From contig JAWXAY010000060.1 in the NCBI GenBank assembly GCA_034439715.1, positions 1 through 51,509 on the forward strand: a stretch of 51,509 bases of DNA, given 5' to 3'. Positions 9,711 to 19,685 of the stretch are shown piece by piece. Every line of letters starts with the position of its first letter. Position 1 is the stretch's first letter. A model generated the notes under the pieces. It searched no databases and was not told where the DNA came from. It worked only from the letters and a program-made list of their open reading frames with translations. The position numbers were made by a program, and so were the translations under genes. Source of the stretch: Pseudomonadota bacterium. GTDB lineage: Bacteria; Bdellovibrionota; Bdellovibrionia; Bdellovibrionales; SG-bin7.

Positions 9711-10535
9711 ATGCCGACAACTTTGAGATTTCTTCTATTATTAATTTTTTGGGTCACACCCCCAATCTTAGCAAATGCCAATAGTGGCGACAGCGACTTT
9801 GAAGAGGCTGACATTGAATCCGACGAAGCCATCGCGAATTCTGATGCGGCTATCGAAGAAAAACAGGAGCTCTCTCGCTTAAATGTGGCCGAGAAAAAAC
9901 GCGCAGAAACTGAAAAAAAGGCGGCCGTAAGTGCGAAAATACAGGCGGCTCAAGTCGAAAAAAAGGCGAAGATAGAAGTGGCCAGGCTTTCTAAAGAAGT
10001 CGCCGCCAAGAGGGCCAGCATAAGACAGTTTGAAAAAGAGAAAAATGTCGCACTAAAACTTGAAGCCTTAGAGAGACAAAAGATAGCGGCATCGCAAAGT
10101 GAGTTTGAAGTCGTTCGCGGTCAGTTGGAAGAAGCGAAAAAAACAAAAGATGAAGCCAAAAATAATCTCGAGCGAGCCAAGGATATGTATCGTGAGGAAC
10201 TAAAACGTATTAAGCTGGCCAAACAAGATCTCGATAAAACTAAACGAAATACCCAAAACATAAAACGTAGTGAAGCAAGTGTATTGCAGAAAATGGAAAA
10301 GCTACCACAGGTCTCGACCCCCTCAGTTGCCGGTGGTACGAAGGTTTCAAAGGTGCCCAACCTTAGATATATTGGACAAGATTGCAATATTCGAGGTTTT
10401 CCCAGTGGAAAATCGGACATCATAAAAAAAGCTTTAAAGGGACAAAGGGTCATGGTGTTTGGCAACCAAGGAGCTTGGGTTATAGTTGGTACGCCCGATG
10501 TGACCAAGGGTTACATGAGCAAAGTCTGCTTTTAG
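9711..10535 (+). CDS. Secreted coiled-coil protein with C-terminal SH3b-like domain
   Basis: Signal peptide, long E/K/A coiled coil, C-terminal CNIRGFPS...GAWV...KGYM (SH3_3 pattern). Confidence 0.7.
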   Translation: MPTTLRFLLLLIFWVTPPILANANSGDSDFEEADIESDEAIANSDAAIEEKQELSRLNVAEKKRAETEKKAAVSAKIQAAQVEKKAKIEVARLSKEVAAKRASIRQFEKEKNVALKLEALERQKIAASQSEFEVVRGQLEEAKKTKDEAKNNLERAKDMYREELKRIKLAKQDLDKTKRNTQNIKRSEASVLQKMEKLPQVSTPSVAGGTKVSKVPNLRYIGQDCNIRGFPSGKSDIIKKALKGQRVMVFGNQGAWVIVGTPDVTKGYMSKVCF

Positions 10536-10545
10536 GGGAAAGTTA

Positions 10546-11169
10546 ATGGCCTCTCTATGGTGTCTTTATGATAAGAAACGAAGCACCTTCCATACGGCCC
10601 TCACTTACGGAGAGGCAAGAGCTATAGTTAGGGTCCTAGGTCTTGAAGAGCGCCTCTCCTGGTATGTTTGGAAGGAGAGTTGGCCCCAATGGAAAATCCT
10701 CACGCAAGTCGCTGAACTTGTCGCCACTACAACAGAAATTAAACCAATGCGTGACCCACCATCGCTGCCGGCGGCGGCGGAGAGCAGCGAGATTGCAGAA
10801 CATATTAGCGAAGAAAAAGACGCGCGCAAAATTAATCGCACATTAGGTGAGCTAACGGTGGAAATTATCTGTCGGGGGCGCAAATTCTATTCGGTGACAC
10901 GCGATATTTCTTTGAAGGGAGTACAGTTGAAAGACTCCGTTCCCGATTGGATGGCAGGTTATTGTACTTTAATTCTAAGTCGTCCCAAGAATGAATCAGA
11001 AAATGAACCTTCAGACGATCAAAATCTGGAATTTACATGTTCAATCGTTGAAAACCAAGAATTGGGAAAGAAGTTTCGTCTAGAAATTCAGCCTTCAAAA
11101 GATAGTCTGCATCTCAAGCGATGGTTGTTGGATCTTCATCTCAGAAATATTAAAAAGTCGACGGCCTAA
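10546..11169 (+). CDS. GYF_2-like plus PilZ domain protein (putative c-di-GMP effector)
   Basis: YVWKESWPQWK (GYF_2-like); PilZ motifs RxxxR (RKINR) and DxSxxG (DISLKG). Confidence 0.75.
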   Translation: MASLWCLYDKKRSTFHTALTYGEARAIVRVLGLEERLSWYVWKESWPQWKILTQVAELVATTTEIKPMRDPPSLPAAAESSEIAEHISEEKDARKINRTLGELTVEIICRGRKFYSVTRDISLKGVQLKDSVPDWMAGYCTLILSRPKNESENEPSDDQNLEFTCSIVENQELGKKFRLEIQPSKDSLHLKRWLLDLHLRNIKKSTA

Positions 11170-11184
11170 ATAAAAAGCCCCCTA

Positions 11185-11727
11185 TTATAGAGAGCTAAGT
11201 CCCTCTTGGCTCTGAATCTGATTCAGGATCCAAACCAATATAAACACAACTCCCATAGCTCCCACAATTTTTATGGCCAAACTTTGTGGTATATTAAAAT
11301 TCTCCACCAACCCTACGATGAGAAGCAAAGTAGTTAGCGCACAGCAAACTAAAAACAGGGGCGGCAAATAAGACAGCAAGGGGAAAAAAACAGTAAAGGG
11401 GAAGAGTGAAACAAAAACCAAACGATAAAGGTTTGCAAAAGGCTCTTCACGTCTCAAAAAAATCTTTAGTGTTAGAAGCAGAGTGAAACTCAAGAGTGAA
11501 CTAACGATCACGATAATTATCGGAAAGGTGAAAAGCCAAATCCAGACGTGCCAAGATCGTGAACTTATAACGCCGGTGAGTGAACCAAAAGCGGCTGATA
11601 ATAGGACTTGGAATAAAAGCAAACAACGAAAGCGCGACTGCGGTAGAGTTTTTATTGTTTCAATAGGGGCGCGAATAAATTTTAGAAAATAGAGACACAA
11701 AATTTTTAATTCAGCACTTGTGTTCAT
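11185..11727 (-). CDS. Multi-pass membrane protein, Yip1-like
   Basis: ~5 TM segments, N-terminal FIRAP(x)ET pattern. Confidence 0.6.
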   Translation of the reverse strand: MNTSAELKILCLYFLKFIRAPIETIKTLPQSRFRCLLLFQVLLSAAFGSLTGVISSRSWHVWIWLFTFPIIIVIVSSLLSFTLLLTLKIFLRREEPFANLYRLVFVSLFPFTVFFPLLSYLPPLFLVCCALTTLLLIVGLVENFNIPQSLAIKIVGAMGVVFILVWILNQIQSQEGLSSL

Positions 11728-12404
11728 TAAAACGTGGTGTTGAGGCGTAAAGTCATATCCAGAGAGGCCTTCTGAATGGTTTCTTCAATCATCGGTGAAC
11801 GGTAAGAGAACTCAATTCCCATGCCGATGCCCTCTGTAAAGCGATAGCTCGTTCCCGCAAAAACTATGGAATTAGGAGTCGAATACTTTGTCGACCTCGT
11901 GGGGGTCGAAGGTACGGTTGACAAATTGCTGTCTTTCACAACGAGATAGCTGGCCGCTACTCCGAAGCCCAAATAAGGATTGAGTGTTCGCTGAGGGTAA
12001 ATTCGATAGGCGATTTTTAAATCAAATTCGTGCATCGACACAGAAGTTTTTTCAATGTCGGTTTCACTAAAAGATCTTACCGTGCCCTCAGCCATCCAGT
12101 GGGGTGAAAACAAATCTATTCCCAGCGAAGCCTGCATTCCCTGCTGGAAGCCTGAAGCCAGACTTTGGTGAGATGAGATTTTTAGGTAATTATTCACGAC
12201 ACCCACCGAAAAATGAAGTTTAACGGAATCAAATGGGTCAAGTCCCAAAGGGCTGTCGATTTGTGAGGTGGAGTTACTCAGGTTTTTGACAATGCTGTCA
12301 AAGTCGTCGTATTCGTCATTGTCGTTTATGAGATCCTCTGTAGCGGCAAATGAGGTCGTGGTTAGAAGTAAAAACGTAAAAATGATAAATAGTATATGTT
12401 TCAT
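11727..12404 (-). CDS. Outer-membrane beta-barrel protein
   Basis: Signal peptide, amphipathic strands (NPYLGFGV), C-terminal Phe. Confidence 0.7.
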   Translation of the reverse strand: MKHILFIIFTFLLLTTTSFAATEDLINDNDEYDDFDSIVKNLSNSTSQIDSPLGLDPFDSVKLHFSVGVVNNYLKISSHQSLASGFQQGMQASLGIDLFSPHWMAEGTVRSFSETDIEKTSVSMHEFDLKIAYRIYPQRTLNPYLGFGVAASYLVVKDSNLSTVPSTPTRSTKYSTPNSIVFAGTSYRFTEGIGMGIEFSYRSPMIEETIQKASLDMTLRLNTTF

Positions 12405-12483
12405 ATTTTAATTTTAGCCTACTTTTGGTGAATTATGCAAAAACTCGTCTTTTTTTTTTGCTACTTTGTGTGATGATTAAGAG

Positions 12484-12912
12484 ATGGGTGTATTATCGAA
12501 GGCTAGACTTTATTCTAGTTGCGAGACTGTTTGTTACTGTGCGTTTTGTCGAGAGAAGCGTAGAGTTAATCTTAAAAAGTCAATTTCATTGGTGAATGTA
12601 ATTCAGGCAGCCGTTCTTTCCTATCTTGGAATGATGGCTTTATGGCGGGAGTTCGATGCTCGCGTATTTTTTATTTTTGCCGTCGTAATCTCGCTGACTG
12701 AAATATTACTTCTTGTGCGTTGGCGATTTGGTGTGATTTGTCCACACTGTGGATTTGATCCAGTTTTATATCTCAAAAGTCCAGAGCAAGTCGTTACTAA
12801 AGTACAGGCCCACCTTAAACGCTATGACGATAATCCTAAGTCAAGCTTAACACCTAGTCCGCGGCGAAACCTACCTGTGGTGATCAAAAAAAATAATGAG
12901 GCCAGAGGTTGA
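12484..12912 (+). CDS. Hypothetical membrane protein with two CxxC pairs flanking a TM hairpin
   Basis: CAFC, two TM helices, CPHC. Confidence 0.65.
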   Translation: MGVLSKARLYSSCETVCYCAFCREKRRVNLKKSISLVNVIQAAVLSYLGMMALWREFDARVFFIFAVVISLTEILLLVRWRFGVICPHCGFDPVLYLKSPEQVVTKVQAHLKRYDDNPKSSLTPSPRRNLPVVIKKNNEARG

Positions 12913-12946
12913 GTTAAGAGTGGTATCAGAGTATTCTCATTAAATA

Positions 12947-13654
12947 ATGAAATCTCTAGTAGTCTTGCCCACTTATAATGAACGAGAGAATGTCAAAAAG
13001 CTCATAGAAGAAATTTTTTCTACGAGTTCCGACCTAGAAATTCTTGTGGCCGATGATAATTCTCCAGATGGTACTGCTGAAGTCGTGAGGGCGCTTCAGA
13101 AGTCTGTCGGGGAACGACGCTTACATCTATTGGTCCGACAGAAAAAAGAGGGTTTAGGGCGCGCTTATTTGGCTTCGTTTCAATGGGCACTTGAGCGTGG
13201 GTTTGACATTATACTTCAAATGGACTGCGACTTTTCTCACCGTCCAGCAGATCTCATGAAAATATATGACGAGATAAAAAAAAGTGATGTCGATTTTGTC
13301 GTTGGTTCTCGCTATGTTCCCGGGGGAGGGATACCCGAGTGGGAATTATGGCGAAGGGTCTTAAGTCGAATGGGGAGTCTGTACGCCAAAACCATTTTAG
13401 GATATCCGTTACGTGATTGGACGGGCGGGTTCAATGCGTGGAAACGAAGTGTCTTAGAGCAAATTGGCTTAGTGAATGTGAGCTCCGAGGGCTATAGCTT
13501 TCAAATCGAAATGAAGTTTAGGGCTTTAAAAGCAGGTTTTGTAGGAGTTGAGGTGCCCATTGTTTTTGACAAGAGACAAGAGGGAAAAAGTAAGATGTCG
13601 CTAAAGATTATGTTCGAGGCGCTATTGAAAGTTTGGGTGATTCGTTTTGCGTAA
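12947..13654 (+). CDS. Polyprenol monophosphomannose synthase-like GT2 glycosyltransferase
   Basis: PTYNE, DDNSPDGT, QMDCDFSH, VGSRYVPGG, GYSFQIE. Confidence 0.92.
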   Translation: MKSLVVLPTYNERENVKKLIEEIFSTSSDLEILVADDNSPDGTAEVVRALQKSVGERRLHLLVRQKKEGLGRAYLASFQWALERGFDIILQMDCDFSHRPADLMKIYDEIKKSDVDFVVGSRYVPGGGIPEWELWRRVLSRMGSLYAKTILGYPLRDWTGGFNAWKRSVLEQIGLVNVSSEGYSFQIEMKFRALKAGFVGVEVPIVFDKRQEGKSKMSLKIMFEALLKVWVIRFA

Positions 13655-14609
13655 GGCCCTAACCACCTGCTTAGTCTTATTATTTTTTCACTCAGCGTTG
13701 GCTCAGAATAAAAAAAAGGCCACGAAAGCAGCAAAACCGACGAAGGCTATGAAAGTCCTAAAAAAAACGAGCAACAAAAAGGCTCTGACTCCCGCAAAAA
13801 AAAAGGAATCAAGTAATCAGTCAGCAATTATCAGGGTTGAAGGCGCCATGATTTATGAAAAGGCGAGTTTTGATGCCGCCGTTATTACCTATCTTCCTAT
13901 CAATAAAAAAGTAACCGTTTCGAAAAAAACCTATGGCCCGTTTTACCGAATTAAAGTGAAAAAGGGAATTGTAGGTTACATCTCTGATGTCGACATCGAG
14001 ATGGCACTCGGATCCAAAAAACTCGAGCCAAATAACCCTAATGTCGGAATGTTTGCTGAAAATCCGAAAAGTGATCCCGAGAGCCCAGGAGTAGAATTCA
14101 AAAAAAATAAAAAGCCCTTGGAGGAGGCTACGGTTATGGGGTTGGGTGTCTCAATGGTTAATTATACCGAAGATGTTTTTGGGCAGCAAGATCGTTCGGC
14201 AATTGTAACAATGTTTGGGTTAAAGCTGACTGGCTCAGATTTTATATTGCCAACCCTGATGGATATTGGCATCAGCTTCGCGCTTTCTCCACCTTCCTAT
14301 TATGCCGATGGGTCGGCAACTACTCCTTCGGGCTATCTTCTCATTGCGGACACGCTTTTGATTCTGCCTTTTATGGGTGGAGATGATTTAATTGCTTATG
14401 TGGGTTTGGGACCATTTATTAACTATTCTTCATTTAAAATTGTGCTCGCAAATCAGCTTTTAAAATTAGATCTTTTAAAGTTAGGTGCCGAGGCAATGGT
14501 GGGGCTTGGCTTTCGCATAGAAAAAGTCGTATTTAAGGTTGAGGGTAAATATTATTACGATAAGGACTCCTATTTTGGGGGTACTGTCGGAATCCAGCTT
14601 TCCTATTGA
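13647..14609 (+). CDS. SH3-domain plus outer-membrane beta-barrel protein
   Basis: Signal peptide, Lys-rich stretch, SH3b-like (AMIYEKAS...FYRIKV...GYI), barrel strands ending GIQLSY. Confidence 0.68.
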   Translation: MRKALTTCLVLLFFHSALAQNKKKATKAAKPTKAMKVLKKTSNKKALTPAKKKESSNQSAIIRVEGAMIYEKASFDAAVITYLPINKKVTVSKKTYGPFYRIKVKKGIVGYISDVDIEMALGSKKLEPNNPNVGMFAENPKSDPESPGVEFKKNKKPLEEATVMGLGVSMVNYTEDVFGQQDRSAIVTMFGLKLTGSDFILPTLMDIGISFALSPPSYYADGSATTPSGYLLIADTLLILPFMGGDDLIAYVGLGPFINYSSFKIVLANQLLKLDLLKLGAEAMVGLGFRIEKVVFKVEGKYYYDKDSYFGGTVGIQLSY

Positions 14610-14642
14610 CGACCAAAGTTTTTTACGCGATGTTGCCACCCC

Positions 14643-16385
14643 ATGGGGATCATTAGTAAATTATCTGATGAAGTTGTTAATCAAATTGCGGCCGGTGAAG
14701 TCGTGGAGCGCCCATCCAGTTTGGTTAAAGAGCTTGTTGAAAACGCTCTTGACGCTGGGGCTGATCGCGTTGAAGTTCAAATTGATAATGGTGGACGCAA
14801 CATTACAGTTTCTGACAATGGCCGAGGAATTGCTAAAGAGGACATGGCGCTTTCCCTCGCTCGGCACTGTACCAGCAAAATTCGCAACACTTCTGACCTT
14901 TGGCAGCTCAATTCTTATGGCTTTCGGGGTGAGGCCTTGGCGAGTATCGGTAGTGTCAGTCGACTCGACATAGTTTCTCGGCAAATAAATGATTCCTTGG
15001 GGCATTTGATTACTTCAAATTTTGGCAAGATCTGTGATGTGAAATCGCAGTCAAGCGATCAGGGAACTACAATCAAAGTGCAAAATCTTTTCGAGAATGT
15101 TCCGGCACGCTTGAAATTCTTAAAAACGGCGAATCACGAAGTTAATCAGATTCGACAGACTGTAAAAGCCATGGCGCTTGTTAATCCCCAAGTTGAGTTT
15201 CGCGTTAAAGTTTCACAAAAGCTGGTTGATTATTTTGCGAAGGCAATCAATTCTGTGGAGCGTGCTAAACAGGTGCTCGAACAATCGCTGGTTTTCGAAA
15301 GTACAGGCGAGTATCAGGACTTTAAAATTCAAGTGATCTTTTGTAGTCCAAAAACTGTGGCGGGAAGTAATCGTCAGATTTGGCTTTTTGTGCAAAATCG
15401 CTGGGTAGTAGACCGCGGCTTGCAGGCCGCCGTCATGGATGCCTATCGGGGCCTACTCATGCATGGAGAGTATCCGGTCGTGAGTCTCTTTTTAAATTGT
15501 GATCCCCAGGCAGTAGATGTCAACGTACATCCGATGAAATCACAAGTTAAGTTTCGTGATTCTTCCTCGGCCTTTAAAGCAGCCAATCGGACATTGCGTG
15601 AAGGTTTAGAAAAATCACCTTGGATTGAATCATTAAAGAATCCCATTAAATCGTTTGAGAGGGAGCAACACACATCGATGCCCCATGCTACACCCCAATC
15701 AACGCCACTGTCATTTGATCTTATGGAATTTGGATCTTATCAAGCTCCACAAAAAATGGAGCTGCTACGGACTCAGCCAGTGGCAATTGTCAAAGAGAAC
15801 TATTGGGCCAACCTCAATGTCATTGGACAATCACGCTTAACATATATCATCGCTGAATCAGACAATCACTTTTTACTAATTGACCAGCATGCGGCTCACG
15901 AGCGAGTGGCTTTTGAGAAACTAATGCGAGGATACCTCAATGGAAAATTAGAAATACAAGATTTTTTGTTTCCAATTACTGTCAATTTGGGCGCTGACGG
16001 TGTTGAAAGGATTCTTTCGCAAAAAGATATTTTAGTTCGTTTTGGTATTGATGTCGATGCGGGCGGTATCGATTCTGTTTTTATTCGCTCTGCTCCAGTT
16101 GTCATCAATGAGTCGGCGTTAGAAATAACTTTAAAAAAAATGGCTGACGAAATGGAACAAAAGGGGGGTACGTTTGCGTTTGAAAAAATTATCTCCGATA
16201 TTTGTGCAAGTCTTGCCTGTCACTCGGTCGTGCGCGCAGGGCAAGCATTAAGCACGACTGAAATGCGCGCCTTACTTACTGAGATGGATGAATTTCCTTT
16301 TTCTAGTTTTTGTCCGCATGGTAGACCGGTTTCACTTGAAATCCCATTTTCAAAAATTGAGCATGACTTTGGTAGGATCAAATGA
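14643..16385 (+). CDS. mutL: DNA mismatch repair protein MutL
   Basis: QIAAGEVVERP, GFRGEALASI, DQHAAHER, ACH and CPHGRP endonuclease motifs. Confidence 0.98.
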   Translation: MGIISKLSDEVVNQIAAGEVVERPSSLVKELVENALDAGADRVEVQIDNGGRNITVSDNGRGIAKEDMALSLARHCTSKIRNTSDLWQLNSYGFRGEALASIGSVSRLDIVSRQINDSLGHLITSNFGKICDVKSQSSDQGTTIKVQNLFENVPARLKFLKTANHEVNQIRQTVKAMALVNPQVEFRVKVSQKLVDYFAKAINSVERAKQVLEQSLVFESTGEYQDFKIQVIFCSPKTVAGSNRQIWLFVQNRWVVDRGLQAAVMDAYRGLLMHGEYPVVSLFLNCDPQAVDVNVHPMKSQVKFRDSSSAFKAANRTLREGLEKSPWIESLKNPIKSFEREQHTSMPHATPQSTPLSFDLMEFGSYQAPQKMELLRTQPVAIVKENYWANLNVIGQSRLTYIIAESDNHFLLIDQHAAHERVAFEKLMRGYLNGKLEIQDFLFPITVNLGADGVERILSQKDILVRFGIDVDAGGIDSVFIRSAPVVINESALEITLKKMADEMEQKGGTFAFEKIISDICASLACHSVVRAGQALSTTEMRALLTEMDEFPFSSFCPHGRPVSLEIPFSKIEHDFGRIK

Positions 16386-17290
16386 TGAATCAACTGGGTG
16401 AAATTCTTTTTTTGTTAGGACCCACGGGGACTGGTAAATCAGAGTTCGCACTAAAATTGGCTCGTGAAAATGGTTATGAAATTGTTAATTGCGATAGCCA
16501 GCAAGTGTATAAAGATCTAAATGTAGGTACCGCTAAGCCGACAACCGAACAGCAAATCAGGGTTCCCCATCATCTTTACAGTTTTGTCGAGGTTGGCGAA
16601 CAGTTTACAGCCGGTCAGTATCGAAAATCCGTACTGGATTTTTTGACAGAAAAAATCAAAGAAGGTAACACGAAGTTTCTATTTGTTGGGGGAAGTGGTT
16701 TTTATGTACACGCACTGACAAGCGAAATGTACCCTGTCGGACCGGGTGAAGGTGAGATTCGCGAAAGTGTCTTAAAAGATTTTAAAGATAGAGGCCCACA
16801 AGCTTTGTTTGCCGAACTCAGTGCGAAAGATGCTATTTATGCCAAAAAAATTGGTTCCAATGATTTGTATCGCTTGCAAAGATCACTTGAAATACTGAGA
16901 GCTGGCCATAGCAGCGTGAGTGAATTTCAAAGTAACGCCAAGGCACAGAGCAAAAATCCGCTGATTGAAATGGGTTTTCAAATCTCTAAAATGGGATTGG
17001 ATTTAGAAAAGGCAGTGCTTAGAGAACGGTTAAAGTCGAGAGCGCAAACCATGTTAAATGAGGGCTTAATCGAAGAAACCAAAGCATTCTTGCAAAAAGG
17101 TCTCAAGGATTGGCGACCCTTAAACAGCGTGGGTTACAAAGAAGTGCAACAACACTTATCTGGCGCGCTACCTTATGAAAATCTAGTTGATGCAATCACT
17201 TTGAGCTCAATGCAACTATCAAAACGTCAGCGCACTTGGTTTAAGCGGGATCCAGAAATAAAATGGCAGATAAAGGAAACATCAATTTAA
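16382..17290 (+). CDS. miaA: tRNA dimethylallyltransferase
   Basis: GPTGTGKS, DSQQVY, GTAKP, GGSGFY, KRQRTWF. Confidence 0.97.
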   Translation: MMNQLGEILFLLGPTGTGKSEFALKLARENGYEIVNCDSQQVYKDLNVGTAKPTTEQQIRVPHHLYSFVEVGEQFTAGQYRKSVLDFLTEKIKEGNTKFLFVGGSGFYVHALTSEMYPVGPGEGEIRESVLKDFKDRGPQALFAELSAKDAIYAKKIGSNDLYRLQRSLEILRAGHSSVSEFQSNAKAQSKNPLIEMGFQISKMGLDLEKAVLRERLKSRAQTMLNEGLIEETKAFLQKGLKDWRPLNSVGYKEVQQHLSGALPYENLVDAITLSSMQLSKRQRTWFKRDPEIKWQIKETSI

Positions 17291-17301
17291 GGGAGAGTTT
17301 T

Positions 17302-17865
17302 ATGAAATCATTAGTTACGGTTTTAAGTTTAGTATTTTTAACGTTGCCGGTTTCGGCCGCCAGCAGTAACACGAAAAATTTTCGTTTTAGCCCACTAGCG
17401 GTTCTTATTGGTGCATTAAATTTGAATCTTGACTTTACAGTCAACGAGAATTGGACCGTGGGACCCGAGGCACTTTACTGGAGATTTACTTCAACTAGCA
17501 GCGGTGGCCTGCTGTCAGATATTGACATCAATGCTTATTCGTTTGGGGTTCGTGGAAACTGGTACAACAACGGTGTCTTTACTGATGGCCTCTATGTCGG
17601 ACCCTCTGTGAATTATACCTCTGCGACGGCTAGTTCTAACGATATTCAAGGAAAAATTTCAGCCAAAGCTAGTGGGATTTTTCTGCGTGGTATAGTTGGA
17701 TACGGTTGGTTTTGGGATAGTTTCAATATGTTACTTGGTGGTGGGCTAACAGTCTCGCTTAGCGATACGACGGTTGAAATTCGAGATAGCTCCGGCACAT
17801 ATACCGAAGCAAATATTCATCGTGGAGGGGCCGCTTTAGAATGGACAATAGGTTGGACTTTTTAA
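17302..17865 (+). CDS. Outer-membrane beta-barrel protein (DUF3575-like); start moved to ATG 17302 behind SD GGGAG
   Basis: Signal peptide MKSLVTVLSL...VSA, amphipathic strands, C-terminal IGWTF. Confidence 0.72.
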   Translation: MKSLVTVLSLVFLTLPVSAASSNTKNFRFSPLAVLIGALNLNLDFTVNENWTVGPEALYWRFTSTSSGGLLSDIDINAYSFGVRGNWYNNGVFTDGLYVGPSVNYTSATASSNDIQGKISAKASGIFLRGIVGYGWFWDSFNMLLGGGLTVSLSDTTVEIRDSSGTYTEANIHRGGAALEWTIGWTF

Positions 17866-17870
17866 GAGTC

Positions 17871-17899
17871 TTGACACCTAGTCACATGGCCCAGATACT
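17871..17899 (+). promoter_or_regulatory. sigma70 promoter for a probably leaderless yicC mRNA
   Basis: TTGACA-N17-GATACT, then 6 nt, then ATG 17906. Confidence 0.6.
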
Positions 17900-17905
17900 T
17901 ATCGC

Positions 17906-18784
17906 ATGAAAAGTATGACGGGTTTTGGCCAGGACAGTGTCGAAGCTGAGGAATTTCAACTCGATGTCGTTGTGCGCTCGGTAAACGGGCGCTTTCTAGA
18001 AATTCGTCCTCATTTACCCAAAGAGTACTTGTCGTTTGAAAATGAAATAAAAAAAACAATTCAGGGTAAAATTTCGCGCTCTAGTGTAGATTTGGTTGTG
18101 ACCCGCCGTGCAACCTCAAAGACGAAAAGTCTTGATGTTGTAGTACAAAAGGAACTCGCAAAAAAACTTTTTGATTCGATGACTCAACTCAAAAAGCACT
18201 TAAAAATTACCGATAGAACCACTTTAGCACATGTTTTACGATGGCCCGAAGTATTGCGACTCGAGCAAAAAGAACAAGTTACATCTGATGAAAAAGAGGC
18301 ACTCATGAGCCTACTTGAATCTGCCTTAGAACGATGTAACGAAGAAAGAAAAAGAGAAGGTGTTTCGCTTTTCAATCTTATGAAGGGCTATCTTGTAAGT
18401 TTGCGAGAGCTCACCCGTAAAATGAAAGAGTGTGCTCCCTTAAATCAAGACGAAGTGCGCGCTACCCTTCAGCAGCGTTGGAAGAAGCTCGAGATGCCTG
18501 GGGTCGTCGATGAACAGCGATTGGCTCAGGAAACCGTAATTTTTTTAGATCGCGCCGATTTTTCAGAAGAAATGTCGAGGCTGGGTGAACATATAATGGC
18601 CTGTTTAAAATTAATTGACGAAAATGGACCTCATGGCAAAAGACTCGAATTTTTTAGCCAAGAACTACTTCGGGAAGTAAACACGGTTGGCTCAAAATCT
18701 CAAAAGTCAAACTTGACCCAGTTGGTGGTTGAAGCTAAAGCCACAATTGAGAAGTTGCGAGAACAGGTGCAAAATATCGAATGA
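17906..18784 (+). CDS. yicC: YicC/YloC family endoribonuclease
   Basis: MKSMTGFG, RSVNGRFL, REVNTVGSK, EKLREQVQNIE. Confidence 0.95.
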   Translation: MKSMTGFGQDSVEAEEFQLDVVVRSVNGRFLEIRPHLPKEYLSFENEIKKTIQGKISRSSVDLVVTRRATSKTKSLDVVVQKELAKKLFDSMTQLKKHLKITDRTTLAHVLRWPEVLRLEQKEQVTSDEKEALMSLLESALERCNEERKREGVSLFNLMKGYLVSLRELTRKMKECAPLNQDEVRATLQQRWKKLEMPGVVDEQRLAQETVIFLDRADFSEEMSRLGEHIMACLKLIDENGPHGKRLEFFSQELLREVNTVGSKSQKSNLTQLVVEAKATIEKLREQVQNIE

Positions 18785-19350
18785 TGGATAGACCACTCAT
18801 AATCATTGTCGCTCCCAGTGGCGCCGGAAAATCGAGCTTCTTAGATCGAATTCTGGAGGAAAAGGATCGTCTTGTGGACATTATTACTTACACCACTCGT
18901 GCCCCCAGAGTTGGTGAACAAGAGGGTAAAACCTATAACTTTGTAACTCTTCAAAAGTTTTTAGATCTCAAAAGCGGCGGGTTCTTTGTCGAGTCTGCTA
19001 TTGTTCACGGCAACCATTATGGAATACCAATAGATCAGATTGAAAGTGCTTGGGCCGACAAAAAAGTCCCTATTATGGATGTGGATGTACAGGGCGCCCA
19101 AACCATTAAAGAAAAGTTCCCATGGGCAAAGACCATATTTATAGTTCCTCCCTCAATAGACGAGCTGCGTCGAAGGATTGTGGCGCGAAGTGGTGGCCAA
19201 AAGCCAGGGGATTTAGAAATCCGACTTGAGAACGCTCAACGAGAGATGGCACTAGTCGACTCTTTCGACTTCAAGATATTAAATGATGTTTTTGAGCCTT
19301 CTTTTCTAAGATTCAAAGAAACAGTTGAAGAATTAATAAAACGCGTTTAA
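18781..19350 (+). CDS. gmk: Guanylate kinase
   Basis: APSGAGKS, TTRAPR, VHGNHYG, DVDVQGA. Confidence 0.97.
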   Translation: MMDRPLIIIVAPSGAGKSSFLDRILEEKDRLVDIITYTTRAPRVGEQEGKTYNFVTLQKFLDLKSGGFFVESAIVHGNHYGIPIDQIESAWADKKVPIMDVDVQGAQTIKEKFPWAKTIFIVPPSIDELRRRIVARSGGQKPGDLEIRLENAQREMALVDSFDFKILNDVFEPSFLRFKETVEELIKRV

Positions 19351-19386
19351 AAACAGAGGCTTGTTTCAGTCATTTGGGGGTTTAGC

Positions 19387-19629
19387 ATGGCAAGAATTAC
19401 CGTTGAGGATTGTTTAGAGAAAGTTGAAAATCGATTTTCTTTGGTACTTTTGGTTGCCAAACGAGCTAAACAACTCCTGAAGGGTTCTGAGTCCACGGTA
19501 TCGACTAAAGATAATAAATATGTTGTGACCGCACTTCGTGAAGTTGCTGCCGGCAACGTATCTTTCGATATTCCCGATACGGATGAAGCCCTAAAAGAAA
19601 TCGAAAGAGATCTCGCCCGTAAGTCCTAA
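19387..19629 (+). CDS. rpoZ: RNA polymerase omega subunit
   Basis: [27 protein letters not shown]. Confidence 0.97.
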   Translation: MARITVEDCLEKVENRFSLVLLVAKRAKQLLKGSESTVSTKDNKYVVTALREVAAGNVSFDIPDTDEALKEIERDLARKS

Positions 19630-19685
19630 AAAATCCCTAATCGGCAGGTGGCCACCTATTTAGTTTTAAGCTATAATGGCCTTCT

